Part shown: positions 9,208-18,942 of the stretch, piece after piece
Layout of the letters: each line of letters begins with the position of its first letter
Numbering within the stretch: the first letter of the stretch is position 1
Source of the DNA: an uncultured delta proteobacterium
GTDB taxonomy: Bacteria; Myxococcota_A; Polyangia; Polyangiales; B10-G4
DNA length: 64,000 bases
Direction: 5' to 3'
Assembly: GCA_963727445.1 (NCBI GenBank)
Contig: CAVSGI010000017.1
Span: 1 to 64,000 of the forward strand
Program-made: the position numbers and the translations under genes
Notes under the pieces: generated by a model
What the model was told of the DNA's origin: nothing
Databases searched by the model: none
The model's input: only the letters and a program-made list of their open reading frames with translations

Positions 9208-10536
9208 ATGACACGCTCCGCCTTCGGCGCAGTACTCGTCATCCTCCTCACGCTGGGAAGCTGGCTCACCGCTTTCGCCGACGACTCCTCGGAAGCCCAG
9301 CTTCGGTTTCGGCTCGGGAGCGAGCTCGCCAGTGATGGGAACTATGCCGAGGCGATTCAGCACTTCCTGGGTGCGTATCGCCTCGTGCCGAACGCCCGAA
9401 CCGTCGCGAACATCATCTTCTGCTACGACCGGCTCGCCGTTCAGGCCCAGCGCACCAGGGACAGCGCCGCAGTCGACGAAAATCGCGTCCAGGCGTTCAA
9501 CTGGTGCGACACGCTGGAGCGCCGCTTCGGTGACGAGCCGGAGGTGGTCAGCCAGCTGGAAGCGACGTGTCAGAACCTCCTTCCACAGCTGCCGGTGTTG
9601 AACGTGGAGACGGCGCCGCCGGGAGCGACGATCTACTTGGCGCGACGAAGCCTCGGTGACGTGGGCGTGAGCCCACGGCAGGTCGCGGTGGCCGACATGC
9701 ACCTCGCCGAGGACGGGACGGTGAAAGTGATCGCTTCACTGGAGGGATATGTCGACGCCGAAGTCGATGTGAGCGTGGAGCGCGGGGTGACCACTCCCGT
9801 CGAGATCGCGCTTCGGCCCCGGGTCGGAACGTTGCGCGTCGAATCGAATCCGCCCGGGGCCCGCGTCTTCGCCGAGGATTCGACCGACCCTCTCGGAGTC
9901 ACTCCTCTCGAGATCGAGCACCCCATCGGGCGCGTCTCCCTGCGTCTGGAGCTGGACGGGTACATGGAGCTGGAGCGGGCGACACGCGTCGAAGAGGGCG
10001 CGGTGGCTTCGTTGGAGGTGACGATGCGCCGCGCCGCGAGCAGCATCGCTGCACTCACGGTACGCGGCACACCTCACGACGCCATCGTGCGGCTCGACGG
10101 AAACGAACTGGGCGACGCGCCCGTGAGCGTGGGGGACATCTCGCCAGGCCGCGCGGTGCTCGAGGTCGAGGCGGATGGTTACCGGCCATACCGCGGCGAG
10201 GTCGTCTTCGAGCCCGGAGCAGCCACCCGCGTCGAGTACGAGCTTCGCTCGGACCCCGGTGTCGTTCGAACCGTTCTGCTGGCCGGCGGCTACGGAGTCG
10301 GGGCCGCCACGACCGTCGTCGCCGCGATCCTGGGCGGCCTGGCCCTGGGTGAGCGAAGCGCGTTCTACAGAGACCCCGACATTGCCACGCGAGAACAACT
10401 CGATCGCACCCACGGCCTCGCCATCACCGCCGACGTGCTCGGCATCGTCGGCGCGGTCGTGCTTGCCGGCACCATCGTCTACCACCTCCTCACCATTCCG
10501 CGGGACTCGACCGCCGCGGTGGGGTTCGAGCGATGA
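9208..10536 (+). CDS. TPR + multiple PEGA domain protein with C-terminal TM
   Basis: Signal peptide, TPR-like GNYAEAIQHFLGAY, repeats VETAPPGATI / VESNPPGARV / VRGTPHDAIVRLDG; 1 bp after the kinase stop. Confidence 0.88.
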   Translation: MTRSAFGAVLVILLTLGSWLTAFADDSSEAQLRFRLGSELASDGNYAEAIQHFLGAYRLVPNARTVANIIFCYDRLAVQAQRTRDSAAVDENRVQAFNWCDTLERRFGDEPEVVSQLEATCQNLLPQLPVLNVETAPPGATIYLARRSLGDVGVSPRQVAVADMHLAEDGTVKVIASLEGYVDAEVDVSVERGVTTPVEIALRPRVGTLRVESNPPGARVFAEDSTDPLGVTPLEIEHPIGRVSLRLELDGYMELERATRVEEGAVASLEVTMRRAASSIAALTVRGTPHDAIVRLDGNELGDAPVSVGDISPGRAVLEVEADGYRPYRGEVVFEPGAATRVEYELRSDPGVVRTVLLAGGYGVGAATTVVAAILGGLALGERSAFYRDPDIATREQLDRTHGLAITADVLGIVGAVVLAGTIVYHLLTIPRDSTAAVGFER

Positions 10537-11918
10537 CGCGTGTCCTTGCAGGCACCTGCATTGCCTTCGCCTTCGGCTGCACTGCCATCGCCAACATCGA
10601 TGTTTGCGAACGCGGTACTGCACCGGAGGCCGAGCTCAACGTCGATGCGCTCGGCGACCAATTGGTGCAGAACGTTCACGGAGTGGCCCCGATGCCGGAT
10701 GGGCGACTCTTCGTCGCGTTTACATCGATCGATGGAAGAGACCCCCTACGCGCAGAAGTCCGAGGGTTGCGATTCGGCGACGACGCGCGACGACTGACGA
10801 CCTGCGGTCGCACCGAGGAACTGACCTACGCTTCTCACGAACCCGGTGGGCCGCAGGTCTTCGCCGGAGATACCGCGATCGCCGCCCCGGACGACTCGGC
10901 GTATCCGGTCGCGATGGCGTACGCCGAAGACACGCCCGATGGTGACCGCGTCTTTCTACACGCCATCGATGGAGACACGGGTTGTCCCTTCTACGACGGC
11001 ACGCCGATCGACTCCTTGCCCCTCTTGTTGGAGGACGCGCCAGGTGATGCGATTGGTTTTCCTCGCGTCATCTGGACCGGCGAGTACACCTTCGACGTTC
11101 TCTGGGTGTTTGCAGACCTCGACGGTGGCGTCCGCAGCTCCATACACGCCCGCGCTTTTCAGATCACCGAAGGTGGCGTGATGCCCCTCGATCTCGTCGA
11201 TCCACAGTCAGGTGAACGCACGCGCGATCGGGTCGTCGCGGTCACTCCGGATGGGAGCCTCGGCTTCGATGCCATCGGCTTCGACGACCGAATCGTCCTC
11301 GCACGTTATGTGACCGCAGGTGGAGGGTACCGAATCGAAGTGAGCTTTCATCGGGAAGACATGTCGATCCTCATCCCGTCCTTTCCGATCACGGACATCA
11401 TCCCGAACCTCGATCAGGCGAGCCCGGTCATGGCGTGGGATGGCGCTCAACTGATGGTCGTTTGGACGGAACAGATCGATGAGACTTTCCGCGTCCGGGG
11501 ACGCTTTCTGACGCCCGACGGGAACTACCTGAGCTCCTCGTTGACGCCTGATGGGGCTCCGTTTTCCCTGAGCACCAGCCCGAGCTCGGAGGAATCCCAT
11601 CCTGCGATCGTCGAGCTCGCAGGCGGAGGGTTCATCGTGGCATGGACCGCCACATCGCTTTCAGGGGACGCACAGGATGTCCGGGCCACGATCATCAGTC
11701 CCTCGGGTGAGCGCACCTTTGCCAACCGGGCGTGCGAGCAGGCCGACTTCCGGCTGAATCAGGCCACCGCTGGCAACCAGGGGCGAGTCGCTCTCACACG
11801 CCTCGGCTCGAGCCCGGTCGCCGTCTGGGCCGACGATGGCCAGAACGGCTCCGACAGCAGCGGGCTCGCGCTGCGCGCCTCGGTGATCCCGATCCGGGAG
11901 CTTCTGGCGATCGAATGA
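10533..11918 (+). CDS. Lipoprotein, probable beta-propeller-like repeats
   Basis: Lipobox AFGC; repeats HPAIVELAGGGFIVAW, PVMAWDGAQLMVVW; ATGA overlap with upstream gene. Confidence 0.8.
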   Translation: MTRVLAGTCIAFAFGCTAIANIDVCERGTAPEAELNVDALGDQLVQNVHGVAPMPDGRLFVAFTSIDGRDPLRAEVRGLRFGDDARRLTTCGRTEELTYASHEPGGPQVFAGDTAIAAPDDSAYPVAMAYAEDTPDGDRVFLHAIDGDTGCPFYDGTPIDSLPLLLEDAPGDAIGFPRVIWTGEYTFDVLWVFADLDGGVRSSIHARAFQITEGGVMPLDLVDPQSGERTRDRVVAVTPDGSLGFDAIGFDDRIVLARYVTAGGGYRIEVSFHREDMSILIPSFPITDIIPNLDQASPVMAWDGAQLMVVWTEQIDETFRVRGRFLTPDGNYLSSSLTPDGAPFSLSTSPSSEESHPAIVELAGGGFIVAWTATSLSGDAQDVRATIISPSGERTFANRACEQADFRLNQATAGNQGRVALTRLGSSPVAVWADDGQNGSDSSGLALRASVIPIRELLAIE

Positions 11919-11922
11919 GGGG

Positions 11923-12657
11923 GTGGCGATGAACACACGGGCATTCGTCGTTGTGATCCTGACCATGTCGGCATGCTCGTCCCCGCCGCCGGCATCGGAC
12001 ACGGGCCGCGTCGTCACCCGTGATGTGGGTGGCAGTGCATGCATGACCCCCCCAGGTGGACGGCTGGATGGAGAACGTTGCGGCTGTGAAGAGGACTGCA
12101 GGCCATCGGCCAACTGTGCAACCGAGCTGAGTGAGGGGTGGCCGGGCGGTGCATGTTCAGCCGCATGCGACCCAGCCGACGGCGCGGATGCCTGCACCGA
12201 CAACGCGGACTGCATCGTCCCCGACACACTCACTTTCGGCACATGCGTGCCACGCTGCACGAACACCGGCGACTGCCCGCTCGGTCGCTCTTGCGACGGA
12301 GCTCACTGCTACATCGTGTGCCAGACCGACGACGACTGTCTCGCGGGCTCCTGCGACGGGTACACCGGCTTGTGTCGCGAGCAAAACGACGGTGCCGGGC
12401 TCAACGAGCCCTGCGCCCGCCCGGAGGACTGCCGCTCCCGACTGTGCAACTCCATGGGGTATTGCATCTCGTTCTGCTCCATCGAACGACAGGGTTGTCC
12501 CGACGATGGGCATTGTCTGCCCGGCGATGGTCCGATGGAGTCCGACTTGGGCGTTTGCTATGCGCGGTGCATGGTGGACGAAGACTGCGTCACGGGGCAG
12601 GTGTGTCGATTGGCGACGATTCCCGGGGCAACCGTTCGGGTGTGCACGCTTTCCTGA
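11923..12657 (+). CDS. Cys-rich lipoprotein
   Basis: Lipobox MSAC; many Cys in CxxxxDC repeats. Confidence 0.85.
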   Translation: MAMNTRAFVVVILTMSACSSPPPASDTGRVVTRDVGGSACMTPPGGRLDGERCGCEEDCRPSANCATELSEGWPGGACSAACDPADGADACTDNADCIVPDTLTFGTCVPRCTNTGDCPLGRSCDGAHCYIVCQTDDDCLAGSCDGYTGLCREQNDGAGLNEPCARPEDCRSRLCNSMGYCISFCSIERQGCPDDGHCLPGDGPMESDLGVCYARCMVDEDCVTGQVCRLATIPGATVRVCTLS

Positions 12658-12710
12658 GAGGGGATGGGCTGGTTGCGAACTGGGCTAGAGCTCTGCGCGA
12701 GAGGGGAAAT

Positions 12711-13457
12711 GTGAATAGATTCGTACGAGTGATTGTACTGGGCGCTCTTGGCGCGTCGATCGCCGGAGGGTGCTCCAATGACCGCAGGACCACGGACGCA
12801 GCGGTAGACGCATCGGTCGACACCGGGACGGACAGCGGCGCTGATACCGACGCGTGTCGTCCCGACGAGAGCTCACTGGATGGACAGCAGTGCCGATGCG
12901 ACTCGGAGTGCCAATCCGGCGCAGTTTGTCGGGTGGAGAGCGTGAACGGAGAAGCTGGTGGGGTGTGCGTCAGAGACTGCACCGATCCCACCGTCACGTG
13001 TAGCGCAGGCGCAGTCTGCGACGCGGACGTGAGCATCTGTTACACCGAATGCACGACAGCCGCCGACTGTGGCGCTGGTCGAGTCTGCAATGGGGAGGTC
13101 TGCCGGGCCCATTGCGCCGCCGACTCGGAGTGCGAGTCAGGATACTGCGACCCCTACTCCGCGAATTGTACGGATGAACCGAGCACCGGCCTCGGCCTGT
13201 GGGCCGATTGCACTGATAGCTCCGAGTGTCGCTCCGGACTCTGCGGGGGATTGGGCTGCACCACGCCATGTTCCGTGACCCGCGGCGGTTGTCCGGAAGG
13301 CGCAGTCTGTTTCACGACGGGGGACTCCGGCGATCTCGGACTCTGCGGCAATACCTGCACCAACGATACGGACTGCGGGACGGGTGAGCTCTGTCTCGAA
13401 GCGCCCGAGCCTCCCGGGACGCTCGTGTGCGTTCCCGAAGAGTTGGCGGGGGGGTGA
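12711..13457 (+). CDS. Cys-rich lipoprotein, tandem paralog of 11923-12657
   Basis: GTG 12711 after GAGGGG RBS; lipobox AGGC; Cys spacing colinear with the upstream gene. Confidence 0.85.
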   Translation: MNRFVRVIVLGALGASIAGGCSNDRRTTDAAVDASVDTGTDSGADTDACRPDESSLDGQQCRCDSECQSGAVCRVESVNGEAGGVCVRDCTDPTVTCSAGAVCDADVSICYTECTTAADCGAGRVCNGEVCRAHCAADSECESGYCDPYSANCTDEPSTGLGLWADCTDSSECRSGLCGGLGCTTPCSVTRGGCPEGAVCFTTGDSGDLGLCGNTCTNDTDCGTGELCLEAPEPPGTLVCVPEELAGG

Positions 13458-13539
13458 AGTCTCGTTTGAGTCCAGAACGAATCTCGGCATCGCTGCTCAG
13501 CTTTTCGGGGACGCCGTACTTCGTTCGGCCGTGGTTCGG

Positions 13540-14869
13540 TCACGACTTCGGATCGCGGTCCACGCCCAGCTTTTCGCACCACCGGTAGATCTGCTTTCGA
13601 TCTTTCCCGAAGTACTCGGCGACCTGGGCGATGTTGCCGTCGAAATGGCGGATGACCTCGGTCAACTGGCCGGCGTCGGGCTCGGCGTCCCGACGGAACG
13701 CGTAGGGCGAGGGGAACCTCGCTCGCGCGAGAAACCCGGTCGAGACGCGCCTCGACGGGCGCGCGAATGGCTAGAGGCAGGTCGCTCAGGTCCAAAGGGT
13801 CAGACGCGCTGGACAGGGCCCTCGCGACCTGTTCGACCTCGCGCACGTTGTAGCGCCAGTCGTAGAGCGCCAACGCCTCCGCGCAGTCCGGGGTCAGCGT
13901 GAGGTCGCGCTCCAAGAAATGACTGAAGAGGGAGAGGATGTCCTCCCGTCGATCTCGCAGCGGCGCCACTTCGATCGTGGCGCCGATGAGGCGCGCGTGG
14001 AGGTCCCCGCGGAACGTCCCGGCTTCGACAGCTTCCTCGAGGTCGACGTTGGTCGCAGCGACGACTCGAACATCGACGGTCGTCGTCGTCGACTCGCCGA
14101 CGCGTCGCACCTCCCCGGTGGCGAGCGCACGGAGGAGCTTCGCTTGCATAGGTAGGGGCATTTCGCCGATCTCGTCCAGGAACAGGGTGCCTCCCTCCGC
14201 CTGACCGAAGACGCCGCGGCTGCTCTCGCTCGCTCCCGTGAAGGCACCTCGGACGTGACCGAAGAGCTCGCTTTCGACGAGGTGCTCTGGAAGCGCCGCA
14301 CAGTTGATGGCCACCAGCGGACCCTCGCGCCCGCTCTGTGCGTGGATCTCGCTTGCGACGAGCTCCTTTCCCACGCCGCTCTCACCGAGCACGAGGACCG
14401 GGATCTTCATGGGCGCCGCACGATCGATGGCCACCCGCGCCATCGCCATCGCGGCGCTGTCCCCCACGAGCGGCGATGGGCGTCGCTTCGCGGTCGTCAG
14501 CGCCTGGATCGCTTCGTGTCCGAGGCTTTGGAAGAGGATGACGTGCGACCCGATGCGCAGGACGTCACCCGAGGCGAGCGAACATGCGTCGATGCGTTCG
14601 CCGTTCAGGAAGGTGCCGTTTCGACTCCCCAGATCGCGCACGGCTGGCTCACCGCTCTCCCGCTCGATCGCCGCGTGCGCGCGCGACACCTGCGAGTCGT
14701 CGAGGGCGAAATCGGCGTCACCGCCAATCCGCCCCAGCCGAACCCCAGCCGACGTCACGGCCATCGTTCGCCCCGCGGCCCCGCCGGGACCGTGGAGCAC
14801 GACAATCCGATGCGCACCTTTCGCCCCGACTTTTCGGGCGGGGGTGGTCATCGTGGTGTCGCCGGCCAC
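13540..14869 (-). CDS. FHA-domain sigma54-dependent enhancer-binding protein (one frameshift near 13695)
   Basis: FHA ([16 protein letters not shown]), [22 protein letters not shown]; Fis-[23 protein letters not shown] in shifted frame ending TGA 13540. Confidence 0.92.
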
Positions 14870-14936
14870 GCCCAGACGCTACCACGGAGCGTCGACGAAT
14901 GTGACGCCTAGGCCTTCGCCCTCCGCCGCTCGGACG

Positions 14937-15881
14937 TCATAGAATCGCGACGCTGAAGATGAACATCCCCCGGATCGAGAAGTATCCATCCACCGGAGCG
15001 GCGGTCAGGAGCCGCCCGCCGAGGTCGAACTGCTCTTCGCTGCCGAAGATGAAACCCAGGCCACCGACGGCACCCACGACCGGACCGGTCGACGAGACCG
15101 TGGCTGTGCCTTCCGGGGCGTCTGTCGACGCGGCCACGTGATAGATGCCGACGCGGGCTCCGAGGTCGATGTAGAGGGGAAAGTCCTGTCCCATCGGTCC
15201 GAACTTGAGCGTCGGCTCGAGCGCGGTTTCGAATGCGAACGCGCTACCGGTCGTTTCTCCGCCCGACACGCCACCGAGCTCCACGTCGGATCCGAGCTGA
15301 AACGAGAAGCTGAGCCGGAGCTGATAGCCGATGCGGTACCCGAAGTTCTTTCGAATGAACGCTCCGAGAGTGAACGCAGGCCCGGTCATCCCATTGAGGT
15401 AGGGCAGATCGATGTTCTCCGGGTTCTCGATCGCCAACCCGTATCCTCCACCGGCGAAGAAGCCGAAGTGGAAGAGCTTGCGGATCTCCCGGAGTCTCGT
15501 TCTCTCTTCGTCGACCACGGGCGCAGCGGCGGGCGACTGTGCCCCATACGTGGATGGATACGCGGATGGGCTGGTCTGCACCACCGGAGGCGCCGTCGGT
15601 GCCGGCGCAGGGGCCGTCGCTGTCGATGCCGTGTTTGGCGAAGCCGTGCTCATCGGCTGCATCACCGGTTGTGCCGGTGACGGGCTGACGCATTGACCTT
15701 CATCGGTGCATGTCTGGCCCTGCGAACACGCCGGATTGCATCGTGAGATGCAGGTTCCCTCGTGACACATGAAGCCCGAGCGGCACGCCGGTATGCACTC
15801 TTGAGCGGATGAGGTCGCTGGTGTGGCAACGACCACGGCGGCCACCCAGACCCCGAGACCCATCGCACGTCCCCGCGGCAT
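14937..15881 (-). CDS. Secreted protein: Cys-rich N-domain, Pro-rich linker, C-terminal outer-membrane beta-barrel-like domain
   Basis: SSA-QECIPACRSGFMC...; alternating amphipathic strands (FHFGFFAGGGY, LYIDLGARVGIY, SIRGMFIFSVAIL). Confidence 0.75.
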   Translation of the reverse strand: MPRGRAMGLGVWVAAVVVATPATSSAQECIPACRSGFMCHEGTCISRCNPACSQGQTCTDEGQCVSPSPAQPVMQPMSTASPNTASTATAPAPAPTAPPVVQTSPSAYPSTYGAQSPAAAPVVDEERTRLREIRKLFHFGFFAGGGYGLAIENPENIDLPYLNGMTGPAFTLGAFIRKNFGYRIGYQLRLSFSFQLGSDVELGGVSGGETTGSAFAFETALEPTLKFGPMGQDFPLYIDLGARVGIYHVAASTDAPEGTATVSSTGPVVGAVGGLGFIFGSEEQFDLGGRLLTAAPVDGYFSIRGMFIFSVAIL

Positions 15882-16097
15882 CGCTAGACCCTCCCGGCCC
15901 CATCCTATACCAGAATTGCAACGCTTCAACGTCGCACGGGGGACCTCGCGTGGAATGACCGTCGCGACGTGGGACTCAGCCCACTTGAAGCGTGACAGTG
16001 GCGCCACTGCCCGTGGCACTCGTGAATCGGGTACCAGTTCCAGGCTTGGCCTGCTTTCTGCTTGGGCTTTCGGGTCGGCACCAACTTCTGAGGTCTC

Positions 16098-16829
16098 ATG
16101 TCTCGAACCGTGATCAAGGTCTGTCTGCTCTTCTTGTTCGTCTCCGCTCTCCATGCCTGCAGCGCGCCCCCGTGCTTCTGCCGACGGGTGGAGCACGAGC
16201 CCCCCGCAACACCTGGGATGGCGCGAGTCACGTTCGTCTCTCCGAAGAACCTGACGCAGGTCTACATCTTCGACGTGCAGACCAATCAGCTCGTGGCGAC
16301 TGCCGGCATTCGAAATCGGATGAGCGCGGACGTTGCAGAGGGTACGCACCACTTTCTCATTGTCAGTCGACGTGACACGGAAGTGATCGAAGTGAATGCA
16401 GCCGCCGGCGAGCAGTACTACGTGCTCATTCGCTACCTCGCCGTGCCATTCGGGCCCAACTTCGGTGTCACCGCGCTCAAGCCCACGATTTCGGAATGGG
16501 ACAGCCTCGAGAGTCAGCTCGCAGAGACCCACCCGAGTGAGCTCAATCCCGCCACTCTCGATGCGCAGGCCATCGACCGTGCGGTTCGACGCATCGACCG
16601 TCGCATGACCGAAGGCCAACAAATGTGGACTTCTTTCTCGCCGGAGGAGAGAGCCACCCGGACCCTACAGCCCGGAGACGGCGTTCCGCTCCCTGGCGCC
16701 ACGCAATCTCCACCTGCCCCGCCACACACCGCCGCAACGCCAGCGCCGCAACCGGCATCGCCGCTCGTCCGGCGCGGCGTTGACATCGTTCGTTCGGCGA
16801 TGCCAACCTCCGACCGTTCGCGGAACTGA
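16098..16829 (+). CDS. Lipoprotein, DUF2846-like beta domain
   Basis: Lipobox LHAC; PGMARVTFV...DVAEGTHHF...VNAAAGEQYYV pattern. Confidence 0.7.
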   Translation: MSRTVIKVCLLFLFVSALHACSAPPCFCRRVEHEPPATPGMARVTFVSPKNLTQVYIFDVQTNQLVATAGIRNRMSADVAEGTHHFLIVSRRDTEVIEVNAAAGEQYYVLIRYLAVPFGPNFGVTALKPTISEWDSLESQLAETHPSELNPATLDAQAIDRAVRRIDRRMTEGQQMWTSFSPEERATRTLQPGDGVPLPGATQSPPAPPHTAATPAPQPASPLVRRGVDIVRSAMPTSDRSRN

Positions 16830-16838
16830 GAGGGGGGA

Positions 16839-17537
16839 GTGATGATCTGCCGAAAGTACACGTGGTGCGGATGGACGCTCGCGCTCGTCGTGGAGATTTT
16901 CGCTGCGACGCTGACGCCTGGAGGCGCTCGCGCGCAATGCGCTTCCGATGCCGAGTGTCGACAAGGCCGCGTCTGCGTCAATGGCGCGTGCAGCACCCCG
17001 CCGGCCAGCGCCTGCACTCGTGACATCGACTGCCCCCAGGGGATGGTCTGTCAGTCCGGCGCATGCGCGCCGTCGTCGTATGCGAGCCCGGCGCCCGTTC
17101 CGGCAGGCCCTCGCATGACGCCGGCGGGGAGCGTCCGAGTCGAGACGCGGCCACGCACTGGACTGGTCGTTGCTGGAGCGGTTCTCTTCGGTGTCGGTTG
17201 GTTGGTGGGGGGAGCGATCACCGTGGCCATCGACGCTGCCGATGATGGGGAGGTCAGCGGCGCGAGCGGGTTCACGTTCATCCCATTGGCCGGGCCGTGG
17301 ATCGATCTCGCCACCCAAGAGCTGACTGGGGGACAGGCTGCGGGGATCTTGGCGCAGGGAATCCTCGAAGTGGTTGGACTGACGATGTTCATCGTCGGGT
17401 TGGCAGCGCGACGCGAGGTCCAGGTGCCGACGGCGTTCATCGGTGACGGCGCCGATCAAAGGGCAACTCTACGCGTCGCGCCCGGAGTCGTCGGTCAGCA
17501 GGGCGTCGGCCTCGTCATACAGATCGGCGAGCTCTGA
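16839..17537 (+). CDS. Membrane protein with N-terminal Cys-rich repeats
   Basis: ARA-QCASDAECRQGRVC..CTRDIDCPQGMVC; TM segments with FIPLAGPW. Confidence 0.8.
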   Translation: MMICRKYTWCGWTLALVVEIFAATLTPGGARAQCASDAECRQGRVCVNGACSTPPASACTRDIDCPQGMVCQSGACAPSSYASPAPVPAGPRMTPAGSVRVETRPRTGLVVAGAVLFGVGWLVGGAITVAIDAADDGEVSGASGFTFIPLAGPWIDLATQELTGGQAAGILAQGILEVVGLTMFIVGLAARREVQVPTAFIGDGADQRATLRVAPGVVGQQGVGLVIQIGEL

Positions 17538-17610
17538 GAAGTGAGCCTCGACCGCGTGGTCGAACCGAGCTCGCCTCAGGTGGAGTAGGAGGGGACGATC
17601 GTACGTCCCC

Positions 17611-18858
17611 TCAGCGCTCCCACACGCAGTAGGCCGGAAGGGTGCTGCTCGGGAGCCCCATGCAATGCGTGCCGTCCCCACAGGAGGTGTCGTTGCAGCC
17701 GCATCGGTTGTGGGTGAGATTGCAGTGGACCATGAAGGGGCAGTCGAGGTCGGAGGTGCAGTAGCAACGCGGATGGCCGTCACTGAGGACGGCGCACGAG
17801 CGACCGTTCAGGCACCGCATCTCGCAGCTCCCGCAGTGATCGCTGTCGTGATAGGTGTCGACACAGTTGCCGCTGCACCAGCGGTAGCGCATGTCGTCGG
17901 CCCGGCAGCGGCGCGCGTTGCAGTACGAGTCCGCGCTGCACTCGTTGTCATAGCAATCGACGTCGCCGTCGCAGTCATCGTCCCGACCGTTGTCGCAGAT
18001 CTCCCCGCCTGCGCAGCAGCCCTCGTCGACCGAACCGTCGCAGTCGTCGTCAGCGCCGTTGCCGCACTCCTCCGTGGCGCCGGGATGGACGTTACGCGCG
18101 CCGTCGTTGCAGTCGTCGCCGCCCAGACAGCCCATGACCGCGTACCCGTCACCGTCTGCATCCGTCGCTACCGAAGTGCACATCCCGTCGGTGCAGGAGT
18201 CGATGGTGCACGGCTCCCCGTCGTCACAATCGCCAGCGCCCTCGCAACCGGGTGGCGGACCGGTGTCGGTCGGTCCCGTGTCGGCCGGTCCGGCGTCGAC
18301 GACGCCACACGACGACGGCGCCGCAGGACAGGGGGCGCCTCCCTCTCCCATCGGCACGACCGCGGCGGCGGCTGCGCCGCACGAAGGCGGATCGCCAGCG
18401 CAAGTCTCGCAAGCCCCGATGCCACCATCGGATGAGACGGGCGTGCACGCGCCGCAGTCCATCCCCACGCACGCGTCCGTGAAGCACCCCACGATCTCGC
18501 CGACCTCACCCTCGAGGTAATGCCCTTCGACGCGCGCCGTCGCGAGCTCGGCATCCGACTCGTCCAGGAGTACGACCTCGACCCAGAACCGACGAGATGC
18601 GTCGCCCTCGCGCGGGACGATCGGGATCGTCATCGGCAGCTCGGCCCCACCCGCTCCTATCGGCTTCTCTTCGTCCCGTGCCACTTCGCCGTCGTCGCCG
18701 AGGATGCGCACTCGAACCGTTCGCGCGTCGGCCGCAACGCAGGGCTCGGCGTCCAAGCGCACCAGCACTTGAGTGAGCGGTACCTCGTCAGCGCTGCAAC
18801 TCAGGAGGAGCCCCAGCGCCGCACCGAGGCTCGCCGCGCGCGATCGACGTATCCCCAC
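17611..18858 (-). CDS. Cys/Asp-rich lipoprotein with putative metal-binding (MopE-like) repeats
   Basis: Lipobox LLSC; DADGDGY..DCND....HPGATEECGNGADDDCDGSVDEG and EICDNGRDDDCDG; CVDTYHDSDHCGSC. Confidence 0.85.
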   Translation of the reverse strand: MGIRRSRAASLGAALGLLLSCSADEVPLTQVLVRLDAEPCVAADARTVRVRILGDDGEVARDEEKPIGAGGAELPMTIPIVPREGDASRRFWVEVVLLDESDAELATARVEGHYLEGEVGEIVGCFTDACVGMDCGACTPVSSDGGIGACETCAGDPPSCGAAAAAVVPMGEGGAPCPAAPSSCGVVDAGPADTGPTDTGPPPGCEGAGDCDDGEPCTIDSCTDGMCTSVATDADGDGYAVMGCLGGDDCNDGARNVHPGATEECGNGADDDCDGSVDEGCCAGGEICDNGRDDDCDGDVDCYDNECSADSYCNARRCRADDMRYRWCSGNCVDTYHDSDHCGSCEMRCLNGRSCAVLSDGHPRCYCTSDLDCPFMVHCNLTHNRCGCNDTSCGDGTHCMGLPSSTLPAYCVWER

Positions 18859-18942
18859 GATTCGATTCTAACAGCCGAGCACGATTCGCAAACGTGCGGG
18901 GGCTTCGTTGCGTCGCGCGGCGCGTCCGCTTAGTGTGAACGC

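Noticed and set aside
13154..13539. C-terminal extension of the FHA-sigma54 regulator overlapping the Cys-rich gene
   Set aside because: Frameshift read-through; the real HTH is in another frame and stops at 13540
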